Below are positions 49,951 to 61,917 of a stretch of 64,000 nucleotides of DNA, piece after piece. The notes under the pieces were generated by a model. It was not told where the DNA came from. It searched no databases and saw only the letters and a program-made list of their open reading frames with translations. The translations under genes were made by a program, and so were the position numbers. The DNA comes from a cyanobacterium endosymbiont of Rhopalodia gibba (lineage in GTDB: Bacteria; Cyanobacteriota; Cyanobacteriia; Cyanobacteriales; Microcystaceae): positions 2,304,001-2,368,000 of the forward strand of contig CP067995.1 in the NCBI GenBank assembly GCA_045159875.1, given 5' to 3'. How positions within the stretch are numbered: position 1 is the stretch's first letter; every line of letters starts with the position of its first letter.

Positions 49951-50619
49951 TTAACCTCGATATCCAGTAACGATATAAGAAACTCGTTGAGCAATATTGG
50001 TGGAATGATCTGCCATTCTTTCTAAGTGACGAATGACTAAAGCTAATAAAAGAAACGGTTCAATGACCCCCTGAATATCTCGTTGACAAGCTAAAGCCTG
50101 ATAAAGTTTTTCATAGGTGTCATCTACCGTATCGTCAAGTCGTTTAACCTGTTTTCCGGCATTGCCATCAAGTTCCACTAAAGCAACTAAACTTGTCCCT
50201 AGCATCATTTGAGCATGATACGACATGGCGGCAGCTTCCTCCATAATAGGATGGGGAGGATAAGAAAGCAATTTTATAGCTATTTTTGCTAAATCTTTGG
50301 CATAATCCCCAATTCTCTCTAGGTCTCTGATTAATTGCATGAAGGCGCTTACAAGACGTAAGTCTTGAGCCACAGGGGCTTGTAGTGTCATTAGGGTAGC
50401 GCAATCGAGTTCTATCTGTCGGTAGTACCGATCAACTTGTCGATCAATTTCAATGATTTTGCTAACTGCGTCTAGATTCTGATTAAATAGGGCTTGATGA
50501 CTAAGGCGGCAGGATTCTTCTACTAAAGTTCCCATTCGCAATACTTCTTGTTTTAATCGTTTGAGACATCGTTCAAAGTGAGTACGTTTAGGGTGATTAT
50601 TATAATACGATAGGTTCAC
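49951..50619 (-). CDS. phoU: Phosphate signalling protein PhoU
   Basis: L..EVLRMG.LVE, QAPVAQDLR, DLERIGDYAKD, LERMADHSTNIAQRV.YIVTG; GTG at 50619 inferred as start. Confidence 0.94.
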   Translation of the reverse strand: MNLSYYNNHPKRTHFERCLKRLKQEVLRMGTLVEESCRLSHQALFNQNLDAVSKIIEIDRQVDRYYRQIELDCATLMTLQAPVAQDLRLVSAFMQLIRDLERIGDYAKDLAKIAIKLLSYPPHPIMEEAAAMSYHAQMMLGTSLVALVELDGNAGKQVKRLDDTVDDTYEKLYQALACQRDIQGVIEPFLLLALVIRHLERMADHSTNIAQRVSYIVTGYRG

Positions 50620-51010
50620 AGGACTTCTTGCAGAAGAAAGGCAAAAGGCATTTGAACAAAAATAAAAAAGGAGAGCTAACAACGCCTTGCTCATGGTGCG
50701 TCATCCTTAGACTATACTATACACCAACTTGTTATTGACCAATAGTCATAGTAAACAATCAATAATTTGGTATTGGTAGGTTTTGACGTTTGTCCTAACT
50801 ATTTTTTAGTAAAAATAATTGATTACCACAATCTTATGAAGAATTGTCCTTAATTTTATAATCAACAATTCTTACGGATATATATTTTTTAATTAAAATT
50901 AGAAAATTATAGATCTATATTTTAACTTGATCTTAATCCGTTAACTTGGGTTCAACCTGTAAATTCTATTTAGAAAACCTAAATTAGCCTCTAGGTTTCT
51001 GTAACGTTTC

Positions 51011-51850
51011 ATGAACATCTTGACTAATCTTTCCAAACCCCAAAATAATAATCAGACGGAACTTCTCTCCTTGAAAATAAACAAGCAAAGAATAGAAACT
51101 AAATCCCTCCAAGAAATTGCTATTATGCGCAAATCATCTCAAATTGTGGCCACGGTCCTTAAAGAGATCGAGATGGTTGTAGAACCAGGGATGACAACAG
51201 AGGACTTAGATAGATATGCTGAACGCAGAATCAGAGAAATGGGAGCAACCCCTAGTTTCAAAGGGTATCATGGTTTCCCCGCCTCTATCTGTGCTTCTAT
51301 TAACCAGGAAGTTGTTCATGGCACTCCTAGCCCTAAACGGAAAGTTCGTGTTGGAGATGTACTGAAAGTAGATACAGGAGCTTATTTTCAAGGCTATCAT
51401 GGAGATTCTTGTATCACTATTGCCGTAGGAAAAGTTTCAACGACAACTTCCCGTCTAATTATTGGAGCCCAGGAAGCATTGTATGCCGGAATTGAGCAGG
51501 TAAAAGCGGGAAATTATTTATTAGATATTGCCGGAGCGATCGAAGATAAGGTAAAAGAGTATGGTTATAGCGTTGTGGAAGATTATACCGGTCATGGTAT
51601 AGGGCGTAACCTCCATGAGGATCCCTATGTTTTTAATTATCGCACAAAGGAGTTGCCCAACGTTAAATTACGGGCAGGAATGACCTTAGCCATAGAACCG
51701 ATTGTCAATAAAGGGTCAAAATATACGAGAAAACTGCGTGACCGCTGGACTGTGGTAACAGTGGATAATTCTCTGTCCGCACAATTTGAACATACGGTAT
51801 TAGTCACACAAACGGGATATGAAATCTTGACAGATCGCACCGCTATTTAG
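51011..51850 (+). CDS. map: Type I methionine aminopeptidase
   Basis: [45 protein letters not shown]. Confidence 0.97.
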   Translation: MNILTNLSKPQNNNQTELLSLKINKQRIETKSLQEIAIMRKSSQIVATVLKEIEMVVEPGMTTEDLDRYAERRIREMGATPSFKGYHGFPASICASINQEVVHGTPSPKRKVRVGDVLKVDTGAYFQGYHGDSCITIAVGKVSTTTSRLIIGAQEALYAGIEQVKAGNYLLDIAGAIEDKVKEYGYSVVEDYTGHGIGRNLHEDPYVFNYRTKELPNVKLRAGMTLAIEPIVNKGSKYTRKLRDRWTVVTVDNSLSAQFEHTVLVTQTGYEILTDRTAI

Positions 51851-51903
51851 CGTTTTGCGTTCAGTAAGCATCAACAACCGTTGACTCCTAAAATACCTTA
51901 AAA

Positions 51904-51938
51904 CTTAAGTAGGGTGGGTATTGCCCACCTTACTTAGG
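51904..51938. terminator. Hairpin between convergent map and petH
   Basis: taagtagggtggg-tattg-cccaccttactta. Confidence 0.7.
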
Positions 51939-51953
51939 TTGGAGTGAGAAAAT

Positions 51954-53175
<1,222 letters not shown>

Positions 53176-54229
53176 GTTATGTGTTGTTCCCAATTCACTC
53201 AAAACACAACTTCTGCACTTCATCGTCAACCTACGTTACTACGTTAGTAGACTGCGGGTGCAGTAGTAAATCAGGTTAGGAAACCTATAAACCAGACCAG
53301 GTCGTAAAACAATTATACCTGATTTTAATGTTAAAAACTGTCAACCTGGACTCAGTTTAAGATTTTTTTAGGAAAAATTTTTATTCAAGGCAAAAGACAA
53401 CAAGCATTGATACTCAACAGTTGAAGTGTAAATCAAATTAGAGTTTTCAGCTTGTAACTGATGAACATTTAGTATTCTAGCTATACTTTCAGGCTCTGTA
53501 GCAGCCGAGATACAAATTGCTCTCACATTATTTATTAATCGTTCAGCCTATTTTTATTTCATTAATAAGTCCCATCAGGATGTTAGCCCTGCGTGTCTTT
53601 TTTTTAAAAAATTTATCTCTTTGTAAGAGATAAGTACTTCTACTTTAAAAGATTTTTATTTACTTAATATTTACCAATTCTTATCTAAATAAAAGAGAAC
53701 CTTTGTTACAGATTAGGGTGGTTAAATTAATAACACAAATTTCTACGTTTACCAAAGCTGGCAATTTATATGTGAACATTAATAAGTTTTTATTAAGTTC
53801 AATGGGACAGGATATTCACCAGACATAATCACGAAGAACATCTATTAATTTATATGCTCTAAGTCAATGGATCTTTAGGATATCAACGTTTTTTTAGGGA
53901 AGTTTGATACTTTAAATCTAAATATTTTGGTTATTTTCAGACTAGATAATGAAGTGTTAGCTTTAGCTCAGTTTACAGTTTTCAGCTGTTGGCATATATA
54001 TTTTATTTATTTGATTGACTTTATGTCTATTGGAGATACTGAATTATTTAGTAATTGCATCTGAACTAAATTCAGATATTTCAGGTAATAATTTTGTTAA
54101 AAATGAGTCTTAATTAAACAAATCATAAAAGACAATATTCCGGTATATATTTTTTATGTTTTATCTAAAAAGATAGGAATTGCTAGTTAATTATCTATTT
54201 ATTTTTTAATTTTTAAAACTAAATATGTC

Positions 54230-54570
54230 TTTTGATCAACAGTTAATTACGATATTGTTTGTTAAATCAAACGGGACAGATTAATCTAAAAATTAATTGC
54301 CATCAATAGTCAAGTATCTTCCCATAGCATCTAAAAGTAGACTTATTCTGGACTGGCAGTAAAGTTATCGCAGCTAAAGACTACATAACTCTCTTTTGTA
54401 CTATTATTACGATAATATCATTACCATTAGACTCAGCATAACTTGCCCCAATACTTATACCATCAATGTCATCTTCATTTCCACTATTGACTGAACTTCC
54501 TAATAAGTAAACACTATCAATGCCATTGACAACAAAGTTGTTGTTTTCATCAAGGTCTAAAGAAATAAAA
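54230..54570 (-). pseudogene. FG-GAP/integrin-alpha repeat surface protein remnant
   Basis: SLDLDENNNFVVNGIDSVYLLGSSVNSG..DDIDGISIGASYAESNGN resembles the cyanobacterial FG-GAP repeat (L.G.NGFVINGID..SG.SVS.AGD..GDG.DD.IIGA..A.PNG). Confidence 0.6.
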
Positions 54571-54630
54571 AAATAACTTGTTATTTTTTTTAAAAATTCT
54601 AGATATTTTTTTAAAAAAATAAAGTTAATT

Positions 54631-54680
54631 AAGAACAAATTTACAAGATCATTAGTAAATGATCTTGTAAATTTGTTCTT
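54631..54680. repeat. Inverted repeat, 23-bp perfect arms, 4-nt loop
   Basis: aagaacaaatttacaagatcatt agta aatgatcttgtaaatttgttctt. Confidence 0.95.
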
Positions 54681-55554
54681 CTTGAAGCTAAGTAATATTG
54701 TTTATTTTAAAATTTTTTTGATTAAACTAAAAGAACTTTAATTCTTTATATTGGTCTAATAAGTATTGATAATAGATGTCAGGTCCATTAAGGCAATATG
54801 TTAAACCTCTGCACCTTCATCCATCTACAAAAATTCTTCAGTTCAAGGATTACTGGATAAATATTTATTCATATAAAATTGTATCCAGTTTCTAGGATAA
54901 ACTATTTATTGAGAATATAAATTAGAATGTTAAAAAAAAACATTCTTTTATAAAACCTCAATAAATAAATTTATCTGGCTTTACTGATAATTAGTCCCTA
55001 GTATAAATGTCTATCTGAGACTTCATATTTCTCAATAGGTGTTTAAACCTTATTCCCCTAAATATCACTTTCTCAATGAAGGTTAACAAATTATCAACAG
55101 CAAAAGCAATATCCGGCATATACGAGGAGAGTAATAAACCTATAAAAAATTAGCTACTGGACTTTTAATTAAAACAGAACAAAGAGAATAAAGATAATGA
55201 TATTAACTGTTTTTTTGTGGTAATAGCCACTGTTTTGATATACAAATAAACTCGCAAATAATAGAATAAAACTACATTATGTCAAAAACTTATATTACTA
55301 TTTATCTGCATCTTGGTCCGTAGAAATAACACGCTCAATGCTCATATTTGGTTTAAAAATTAGTTTTAGTTAAACTCTAATAGATATTCAATTTAACGAC
55401 AATATTATTGGTATTGTGATTTACCTAGCTTTTGTGCTCTATTTTAGAGCAAATTTTATCTATATCACTAAATCTTAGATTAAACTAATCTTATATATTG
55501 CTCAACAGTTATTTATTGGACCTTTTTTGGAAAATCTTCTATAAAAAGTTACTT

Positions 55555-56343
55555 TTATTCTAGAATAATATTTATCTGATCTTCCAAATTAACTTGTAAT
55601 TTCTGTTGAGCACTACCGCCATGTACTGCAATTTCTACCCAGCCATGACTACCGATCAAACTGACTAATTCTCCCCAAGCCACTTGACTATAAGTCAATG
55701 CAGTTTTAATCTGTTGTTTCGCTATTTTAACCGACCAATTATGACCTCTAACTAACTTTCCTGAAATATTAGTAATAAGGTTTCCAAAACGGTCAATGTA
55801 TTGAATACAACCAGAAAGATGGTTAGCTGTTATTATTACTTCTTTAAGGGGAAATTCAATTAAACTGTCGGGACTAATAGAAGTTCCTAAAACGTTGAGA
55901 GAAATCCCACTGGCTAAATGTGCCCCCACAGAAGCGAAAATATCCCTTCCATGAAAAGTCGAACTGGGATCTCTCACTCGCCAATAATTAGGGTTTGTCA
56001 ACTCTACGGCTGCCATGGCCTCAGATAAACTCAGAACACCTTCAAATAAGCCGTTGTCAGGGCCAACTAAATACCCTTGAGGAAATTGAATTGCAACCCC
56101 TCTTCGTCGACTTCCTACGCCTGGATCGATAACCGCAACATATATCGTTCCATTCGGGAAGAAAGGATAAGCATTCATCAAACAAAACCGTCCGGCGGCA
56201 ATATTCTGGGGGGGGATTTCATGGGCGATATCAATGACAGTCAAATAGGGGTTAATACAAGCAATTGCTCCTTTGATGATTCCTACATAAGCATCTTGTA
56301 AACCAAAGTCAGTTAATAAGGCAATCACATTCGCATGAGTCAT
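55555..56343 (-). CDS. SAM hydrolase / SAM-dependent halogenase family (DUF62) protein
   Basis: IALLTDFG..D.YVG, VIDPGVGSRR, VGPDNGL, SSTFHGRDIFA, YIDRFGNLITNI, GSHGWVEIAV. Confidence 0.92.
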   Translation of the reverse strand: MTHANVIALLTDFGLQDAYVGIIKGAIACINPYLTVIDIAHEIPPQNIAAGRFCLMNAYPFFPNGTIYVAVIDPGVGSRRRGVAIQFPQGYLVGPDNGLFEGVLSLSEAMAAVELTNPNYWRVRDPSSTFHGRDIFASVGAHLASGISLNVLGTSISPDSLIEFPLKEVIITANHLSGCIQYIDRFGNLITNISGKLVRGHNWSVKIAKQQIKTALTYSQVAWGELVSLIGSHGWVEIAVHGGSAQQKLQVNLEDQINIILE

Positions 56344-56652
56344 GGCAAGAAATAGAATTGAATCTGTATTAAATGTTGGGAACAAAGATTACAAAACAGT
56401 CTACTCATTATCTTTAATAAATCATTATTACTTAACACTAAAATACTTTTTTTGTTGTTCAGTATTATCAGTATTAAGAGACTGTTTATCAAGCTGTCTT
56501 GTTGGTGCGTTACCGTAGAGAAATAAAAGTAGTTTGCCTAGCAAACCTTAAACTTAATGTTTTGTTTAAAAATAGTCTCTAAGGATTTCTATATTTACAG
56601 AAGGGGACAATCGGGATAACAATGGATAAGAGGCTATTTATTACCGCCATTT

Positions 56653-57520
56653 ATGTCTGATCTCCAGAAAATGTTTAGTTAGGCTTACGATACAATTTTA
56701 GAGGAGTTAAATCGCTTAATCAAGGTAGTAGCTAAACTGCGAGCACCTGATGATGGATGTCCCTGGGATCTTGCCCAAACTCCCCAAACTCCCCAAACTC
56801 CCCAAACTCCCCAAACTCTCATTGCTTATGTGATTGAAGAAGCTCATGAAATGGTTAACGCTAGCAAAAGGGAAGATAATCAAGCTATTGTCGAGTAATT
56901 AGGAGATTTATTGTTAAAAATAATATTTTAAGCGCCAATTGCTAGCGATGAGGGACATTTCAGCTTAAAAGAAGTTGCTCAAGGAATTCCTAACAGACTA
57001 ATCCGTCGTCATTCTCATGTTTTTGGAGATATGGAGGTCTAAAATCAAGAAGAAATCCGTCAAAATCGTGAAAAGATCAAAGCCCAAGAGAAGGGAGAGA
57101 CTCCAGAAATGGCCCAATTATTGAGTCGAAAACTCAGTCGGTATAATCAAACTTTACCCCCTTTAATAGCTAGTAATAAAATTTTAGTTAAAGCTGCATT
57201 TTATCGTTTGAAATAGGGAACTGTAGATGGAGTTTTAGAGAAAATAACTGAAGAATTAGGGAGAATTAGGGAGATTTAAAGAAATTTTGGAATAAGAAGG
57301 TAAAGCGCATCAAGAAGCAAAATTAGAGGAATTGCTTTTTTTTTAGTTAATATTGCTTGATCGTATGGTTTAAGTACATCAGAGGCTTTGCAGGGAACTA
57401 ATGAGAGGTTTATTCAACAGTTGTCAATAATAGAGACTTTTGCTGAGCGTTACTCAACAGATTAAACTTTAAACGAGTTAAAAATCTTATAACAAAAAGC
57501 AAAAAAACACTTAAACTAAG
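56653..57520 (+). pseudogene. mazG: Nucleoside triphosphate pyrophosphohydrolase MazG pseudogene
   Basis: LRAPDDGCPWDLAQTPQT..LIAYVIEEAHE, E*LGDLL, RLIRRHSHVFGD; multiple in-frame stops. Confidence 0.92.
56774..56818 (+). repeat. Tandem repeat (cccaaactc)x5
   Basis: Five exact 9-bp units inside the mazG pseudogene, reading AQTPQTPQTPQTPQTL. Confidence 0.95.
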
Positions 57521-57556
57521 AATAAACTACTTTTTAGAAAACCTATTGAGATTTTT

Positions 57557-58147
57557 ATGAGTTTAGACAGAGAGAAAGTCAATAGTTCCACTGATTATGA
57601 TTCAAAAAGGGAGAATAATCAAGTTTGGAGAGTACTTTTAGAAAACATGCAAATTGTCGTTGTTGCTTTAATTCTATCATTCATCATTCGTACTTTTATT
57701 GCTGAACCGCGTTATATTCCGTCTGAGTCTATGTTGCCGACTTTAGAAGAAGGTGATCGCTTGATAGTGGAAAAAGTTTCTTATTATTTTCATCCTCCTC
57801 AAAGAGGTGATGTTGTTGTCTTTAAACCTCCTATCCAACTGAAATTACAGGGATATAAAAAAGAACAAGCCTTTATCAAAAGAGTTGTTGGCGTAGGAGG
57901 AGAAACCGTCGCAGTTATCGATGGAAAAGTATACATTGATAATCAATTAATCCCGGAAGATTATATTTTAGAATCTCCTCGTTATAAATTAAAACCTATT
58001 ACTATTCCCGAGAGCCAATTATTTGTTATGGGAGATAATCGAAACAACAGCAACGACTCCCATATCTGGGGGCTTTTACCTCAAAAAAATGTAATTGGCC
58101 ATGCAGTTTTTAGATTTTTCCCTTTTCAGCGAATTGGTAATGTTTAA
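57557..58147 (+). CDS. lepB: Signal peptidase I
   Basis: EPRYIPSESMLPTL, AFIKRVVG, FVMGDNRNNSNDSH. Confidence 0.95.
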   Translation: MSLDREKVNSSTDYDSKRENNQVWRVLLENMQIVVVALILSFIIRTFIAEPRYIPSESMLPTLEEGDRLIVEKVSYYFHPPQRGDVVVFKPPIQLKLQGYKKEQAFIKRVVGVGGETVAVIDGKVYIDNQLIPEDYILESPRYKLKPITIPESQLFVMGDNRNNSNDSHIWGLLPQKNVIGHAVFRFFPFQRIGNV

Positions 58148-58328
58148 ATAGTTAATCCTTAAAAGTTCTAGAGGCGATCATTGATGTGAATGAATTATCA
58201 GAAATTTAGGAGATAACCCTGCTTCAGTAATAACATTTAGAAAACTTCACTAGTTGCTTTATGTATTCCAATTAAATTTGGGTATGCTTCGCTGTATAAT
58301 CTGTTAGTATCTTGAGTTTAATATACTT

Positions 58329-59192
58329 CTAAGCCTTTTTTAGAGTATTTTCTAACCAATCATACCAAATCGATAAGCCTTCTCCTGTAATTGAAGAAAC
58401 CTGAAAAATGCAAATATTAGGATTAACTTGCTTGGCATAATCTAAACAGCGGTTTAGATCAAACTGAAGATAGGGAAGTAGATCAATTTTGTTTAAAATC
58501 ATTACATTACTTTTTTGAAACATATGCGGGTATTTTATTGGTTTATCTTCTCCTTCTGTTACAGAAAGAATAGCAACTTTAGCATATTCACCCAAATCAA
58601 ATAATGCTGGACAGACTAAATTCCCTACGTTTTCAATCATCAAAATAGAATTAGTAGGAGGATTTAATTCTATGTAAGCTTTTTCTACCATGACTGCTTC
58701 TAGATGACATCCCATACCTGTATTAATTTGAATAACTTTACATCCTGTTTTTTTAATTTTACGAGCATCATTTGCAGTTTCTTGATCTCCTTCAATTACA
58801 CTAATCTTTATCCTATCTTTCAAATCTTCAATCGTTCGAGTTAATAGAGTTGTTTTTCCTGAACCTGGAGAACTTACTAAATTTAACGCCAGAATATTAT
58901 GACTTTTAAACGAAACTCGATTTTGTGCTGCAATCAAGTCATTTTTTTTGAGAATGTTTTTTTCTAAGCTGATTGTTGTGCCGTGTATTTGAGAATGAGT
59001 TTGGAATGGTTTTGTTGTGGAATGAGAATGGAAATGGGAGTGATAATCTTGGTTATCATGAGAATGGGTAACCATTGTCCCATCATCTAGAATATGGGTG
59101 TGGTGGTGTTCATTCACTGTTGTTGTAACCTCTGCTTCAAGATTAGTTAACCGGACTTGACTATCACCTGAACAACCGCAAGTTACGCACAT
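58329..59192 (-). CDS. hypB: Hydrogenase nickel incorporation GTPase HypB
   Basis: MCVTCGC, His-rich linker, SSPGSGKTTLL, GCHL, ENVGNLVCPA, EGEDKP.KYP, NKIDL. Confidence 0.96.
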   Translation of the reverse strand: MCVTCGCSGDSQVRLTNLEAEVTTTVNEHHHTHILDDGTMVTHSHDNQDYHSHFHSHSTTKPFQTHSQIHGTTISLEKNILKKNDLIAAQNRVSFKSHNILALNLVSSPGSGKTTLLTRTIEDLKDRIKISVIEGDQETANDARKIKKTGCKVIQINTGMGCHLEAVMVEKAYIELNPPTNSILMIENVGNLVCPALFDLGEYAKVAILSVTEGEDKPIKYPHMFQKSNVMILNKIDLLPYLQFDLNRCLDYAKQVNPNICIFQVSSITGEGLSIWYDWLENTLKKA

Positions 59193-59195
59193 ATT

Positions 59196-59528
59196 TCACT
59201 GTACCTCCATTTCTTTAATTTTTAACTCTTGTCCCTGAATAATATCCAACTTAACACTGCGACAGCACTCACAACTACCAAAGGGTTGAGAAAGGTTCAT
59301 TTCTGCCCCACAGTCCTGACATTTTCCTCTTCCCGGAACTTCGATAATTTCTAAAGTTGCGCCTTCTAAAACTGTCCCTTGACAACAAATATCAAAACAA
59401 AAATGAATTGCATCAGCCATAATTGTTGAAAGTTGCCCTATTTCTAGAGTAACACGCCTAACGGATAATCCTTTGGCGTGTTCAGCTACAATAGCTACAA
59501 TATTCTGAGTTATTCCTAATTCATGCAT
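59196..59528 (-). CDS. hypA: Hydrogenase maturation nickel metallochaperone HypA
   Basis: MHE N-terminus, CQDC and CECC zinc motifs, GQELKIKEMEV. Confidence 0.95.
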   Translation of the reverse strand: MHELGITQNIVAIVAEHAKGLSVRRVTLEIGQLSTIMADAIHFCFDICCQGTVLEGATLEIIEVPGRGKCQDCGAEMNLSQPFGSCECCRSVKLDIIQGQELKIKEMEVQ

Positions 59529-59659
59529 AAACATCCGTAGAAGTTAGGGCAATACTATGATATTACATCCTACTTGAAACCATCGTAACCTATATTTTTT
59601 TTAGAAGATTTTAAGTAATTTAGTTACAATAAATATTGTATCCTTAATAGCTACTTGAA

Positions 59660-60724
59660 CCTAACCCTTTAATAAAAACCAATTTAAAACTCGATTGTAT
59701 GCCACCAGCCATCAGAATTTTTTGCTAATTTTTACAATTTTTTACTGTTTAAATAATGAACATATTCGCTATATTTAGCTGACAATAATTTAACTTTATT
59801 ATTACCTTTACAGATTTTATCTAAGTCAGAAATAATTGATGGATCAAAAATAGGGTCATCTGCCGCATAAATAATTAAAGTGGGTTTAGTTAAATGGTTT
59901 AAAAATGCAGAGGACTACTAGCTTGATAATAGTCTTCTGCCGAAAAGAAATTTAATGGTTTAATTACTAATTATTCATCAAATTTACGAATACTATTAGC
60001 TCTCTCAATAGCATATTGATCGATACTTTGAGGATGGTGTCGATAAATATGCTCAGCTAAATTATTAAGATTTTTAGCAATAGACTGTTCGATATATCGT
60101 CCTAAGGGAGAACGCACTAGATAAAGCAAAGAGCGATTAGTATCAAGATTCGGGCAAATTACTGTAGCCCCTCCAATCTCTGAGGTTTCCAGAGGTAAAT
60201 CGCTGCCCCAGTCGGATAAAGTTTCAGCAGCTTTAACCCCCCACAAAGCTAATTGTCCCCCTAAAGAATAACCAGTAAACCAAAATGGGGCAGGACACCC
60301 CGTCGTTTTTGCTTGCGCTGCAATTCTGATAAAATCTTCTCCCTCATGTAATCCATTAGACGTTAAGGATGGAGATAACTCTGCAGTTCTCCCATGGGCT
60401 CGCCAATCGAACAAAACCACAGCATAATTTCTAGCCCACCCCTTACGCCCTAACAACCTCAAAAACTACTGATTATCTAAATCTCCCGTAATGCCATAGG
60501 TTCCAATAATTGGACCTTGGAGTTGATTAGAAATGGCAATGCGGCCAAATAAAGGAACCCCCAAATAAAGGAACCCCATTAGTTCCCCGAAAAATATAAT
60601 CTCGGTAGGAAGATTCTTGATGACAAATTGTTTTTTTCCAATTACAACCTGATCGCAAGGTTGTATAAATGGTCATTGATAGCCCATGTCTTAGTAGAGA
60701 CGCGGGATGGAAGCTAGAAAACAT
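59660..60724 (-). pseudogene. YheT-like alpha/beta hydrolase pseudogene
   Basis: HGLSMTIYT, GTYGITGDL, FDWRAHG, GYSLGG nucleophile elbow, IYAADDPIFDP; split by a 16-bp tandem duplication (60545-60576) and further stops. Confidence 0.85.
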
Positions 60725-60921
60725 AGCTTACAAAATTTGATTTTTTTTGGGTAATCTTAACATTATTTAGAAGATAATCGAAGGTTATATCAGCAAAGAC
60801 TAACAATTTTAGACTCTCTTTCATCAGAATCATGCTTATAATCGGGAGAGGATTCTTCATTTTCCGATCGCATTTCTTAGTTAGCCTTTACAATACACGA
60901 TAGTAATTACTATCTTATGTT

Positions 60922-61668
60922 ATGCCTCGAATACTAGTAATAGACGACGATGCTGCAATTGCTGAATTAGTCTCCATCAATCTGGAGATGGCCGGTTATG
61001 ATGTCAATCAAGCAGAAGACGGCATTAAGGGACAAGCCTTAGCCGTCCAATTACAACCAGACTTAATTATGCTTGATCTAATGTTGCCTAAGGTCGATGG
61101 TTTCACTGTCTGTCAACGACTGCGCCGAGATGATCGCACAGCCGATATTCCGGTATTGATGTTAAGTGCTTTAGGACAAACTCAAGATAAAGTAGAAGGA
61201 TTTAATGCAGGGGCTGATGACTATCTCACCAAACCCTTTGAGGTAGAAGAAATGTTAGCCAGGGTACGGGCATTACTACGACGGACTGATCGAATTCCTC
61301 AAGCAGCTAAACATTCGGAAATTCTTAACTATGGTCCATTGACCTTGATTCCAGAGCGATTTGAAGCTATTTGGTTCGACAAAACTGTCAAGTTGACTCA
61401 TTTGGAATTTGAATTACTTCACTGTCTCTTGCAACGTCACGGACAAACTGTCTCTCCGAGTGAAATTCTTAAAGAAGTTTGGGGATATGATCCCGATGAC
61501 GACATTGAAACCATTCGGGTTCACATACGCCATTTAAGGACTAAATTAGAACCCGATCCTAGACATCCTTGCTATATCAAAACTGTGTATGGTGCGGGTT
61601 ATTGTCTAGAGTTGCCCAGTGCTGAACAACTTATTGAACAACCTGAACCTAATGCAGCCACTGTTTAA
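60922..61668 (+). CDS. rpaA: Response regulator RpaA
   Basis: [77 protein letters not shown]. Confidence 0.93.
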   Translation: MPRILVIDDDAAIAELVSINLEMAGYDVNQAEDGIKGQALAVQLQPDLIMLDLMLPKVDGFTVCQRLRRDDRTADIPVLMLSALGQTQDKVEGFNAGADDYLTKPFEVEEMLARVRALLRRTDRIPQAAKHSEILNYGPLTLIPERFEAIWFDKTVKLTHLEFELLHCLLQRHGQTVSPSEILKEVWGYDPDDDIETIRVHIRHLRTKLEPDPRHPCYIKTVYGAGYCLELPSAEQLIEQPEPNAATV

Positions 61669-61917
61669 GTGACGTAATGATCAGGGACAGATATTTTGGT
61701 TGTGAAGCCTTTGGCAATGATTAAGATGGGGGGTTTATAGCGATAAAATGTCCTAACGTTTATTTGTGAGGGAATCAGTTTTTGTCGTGAGATGATTAGG
61801 AAGTCATAAACTTCCCTTCCATAGTAGTAGAAACTTAAGATACAATGAATCTTTGGTTTTCAAACCTAAGTTAATAGGAAGTCTAATCTTCCGACTTGGC
61901 AACTTGACGACTTCTTT

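Noticed and set aside
55555..56343. Fluorinase or chlorinase biosynthetic system
   Set aside because: No biosynthetic cluster context; family membership alone does not imply halogenation.
56774..56818. Direct repeats as a possible CRISPR array
   Set aside because: These are 9-bp units with no spacers, and there are no cas genes in the window.
58329..59528. hypAB as part of a guanidine hydrolase (Ni) operon
   Set aside because: No ureohydrolase gene, transporter or riboswitch is adjacent; the MHE and MCxxCGC termini fit hydrogenase maturation.
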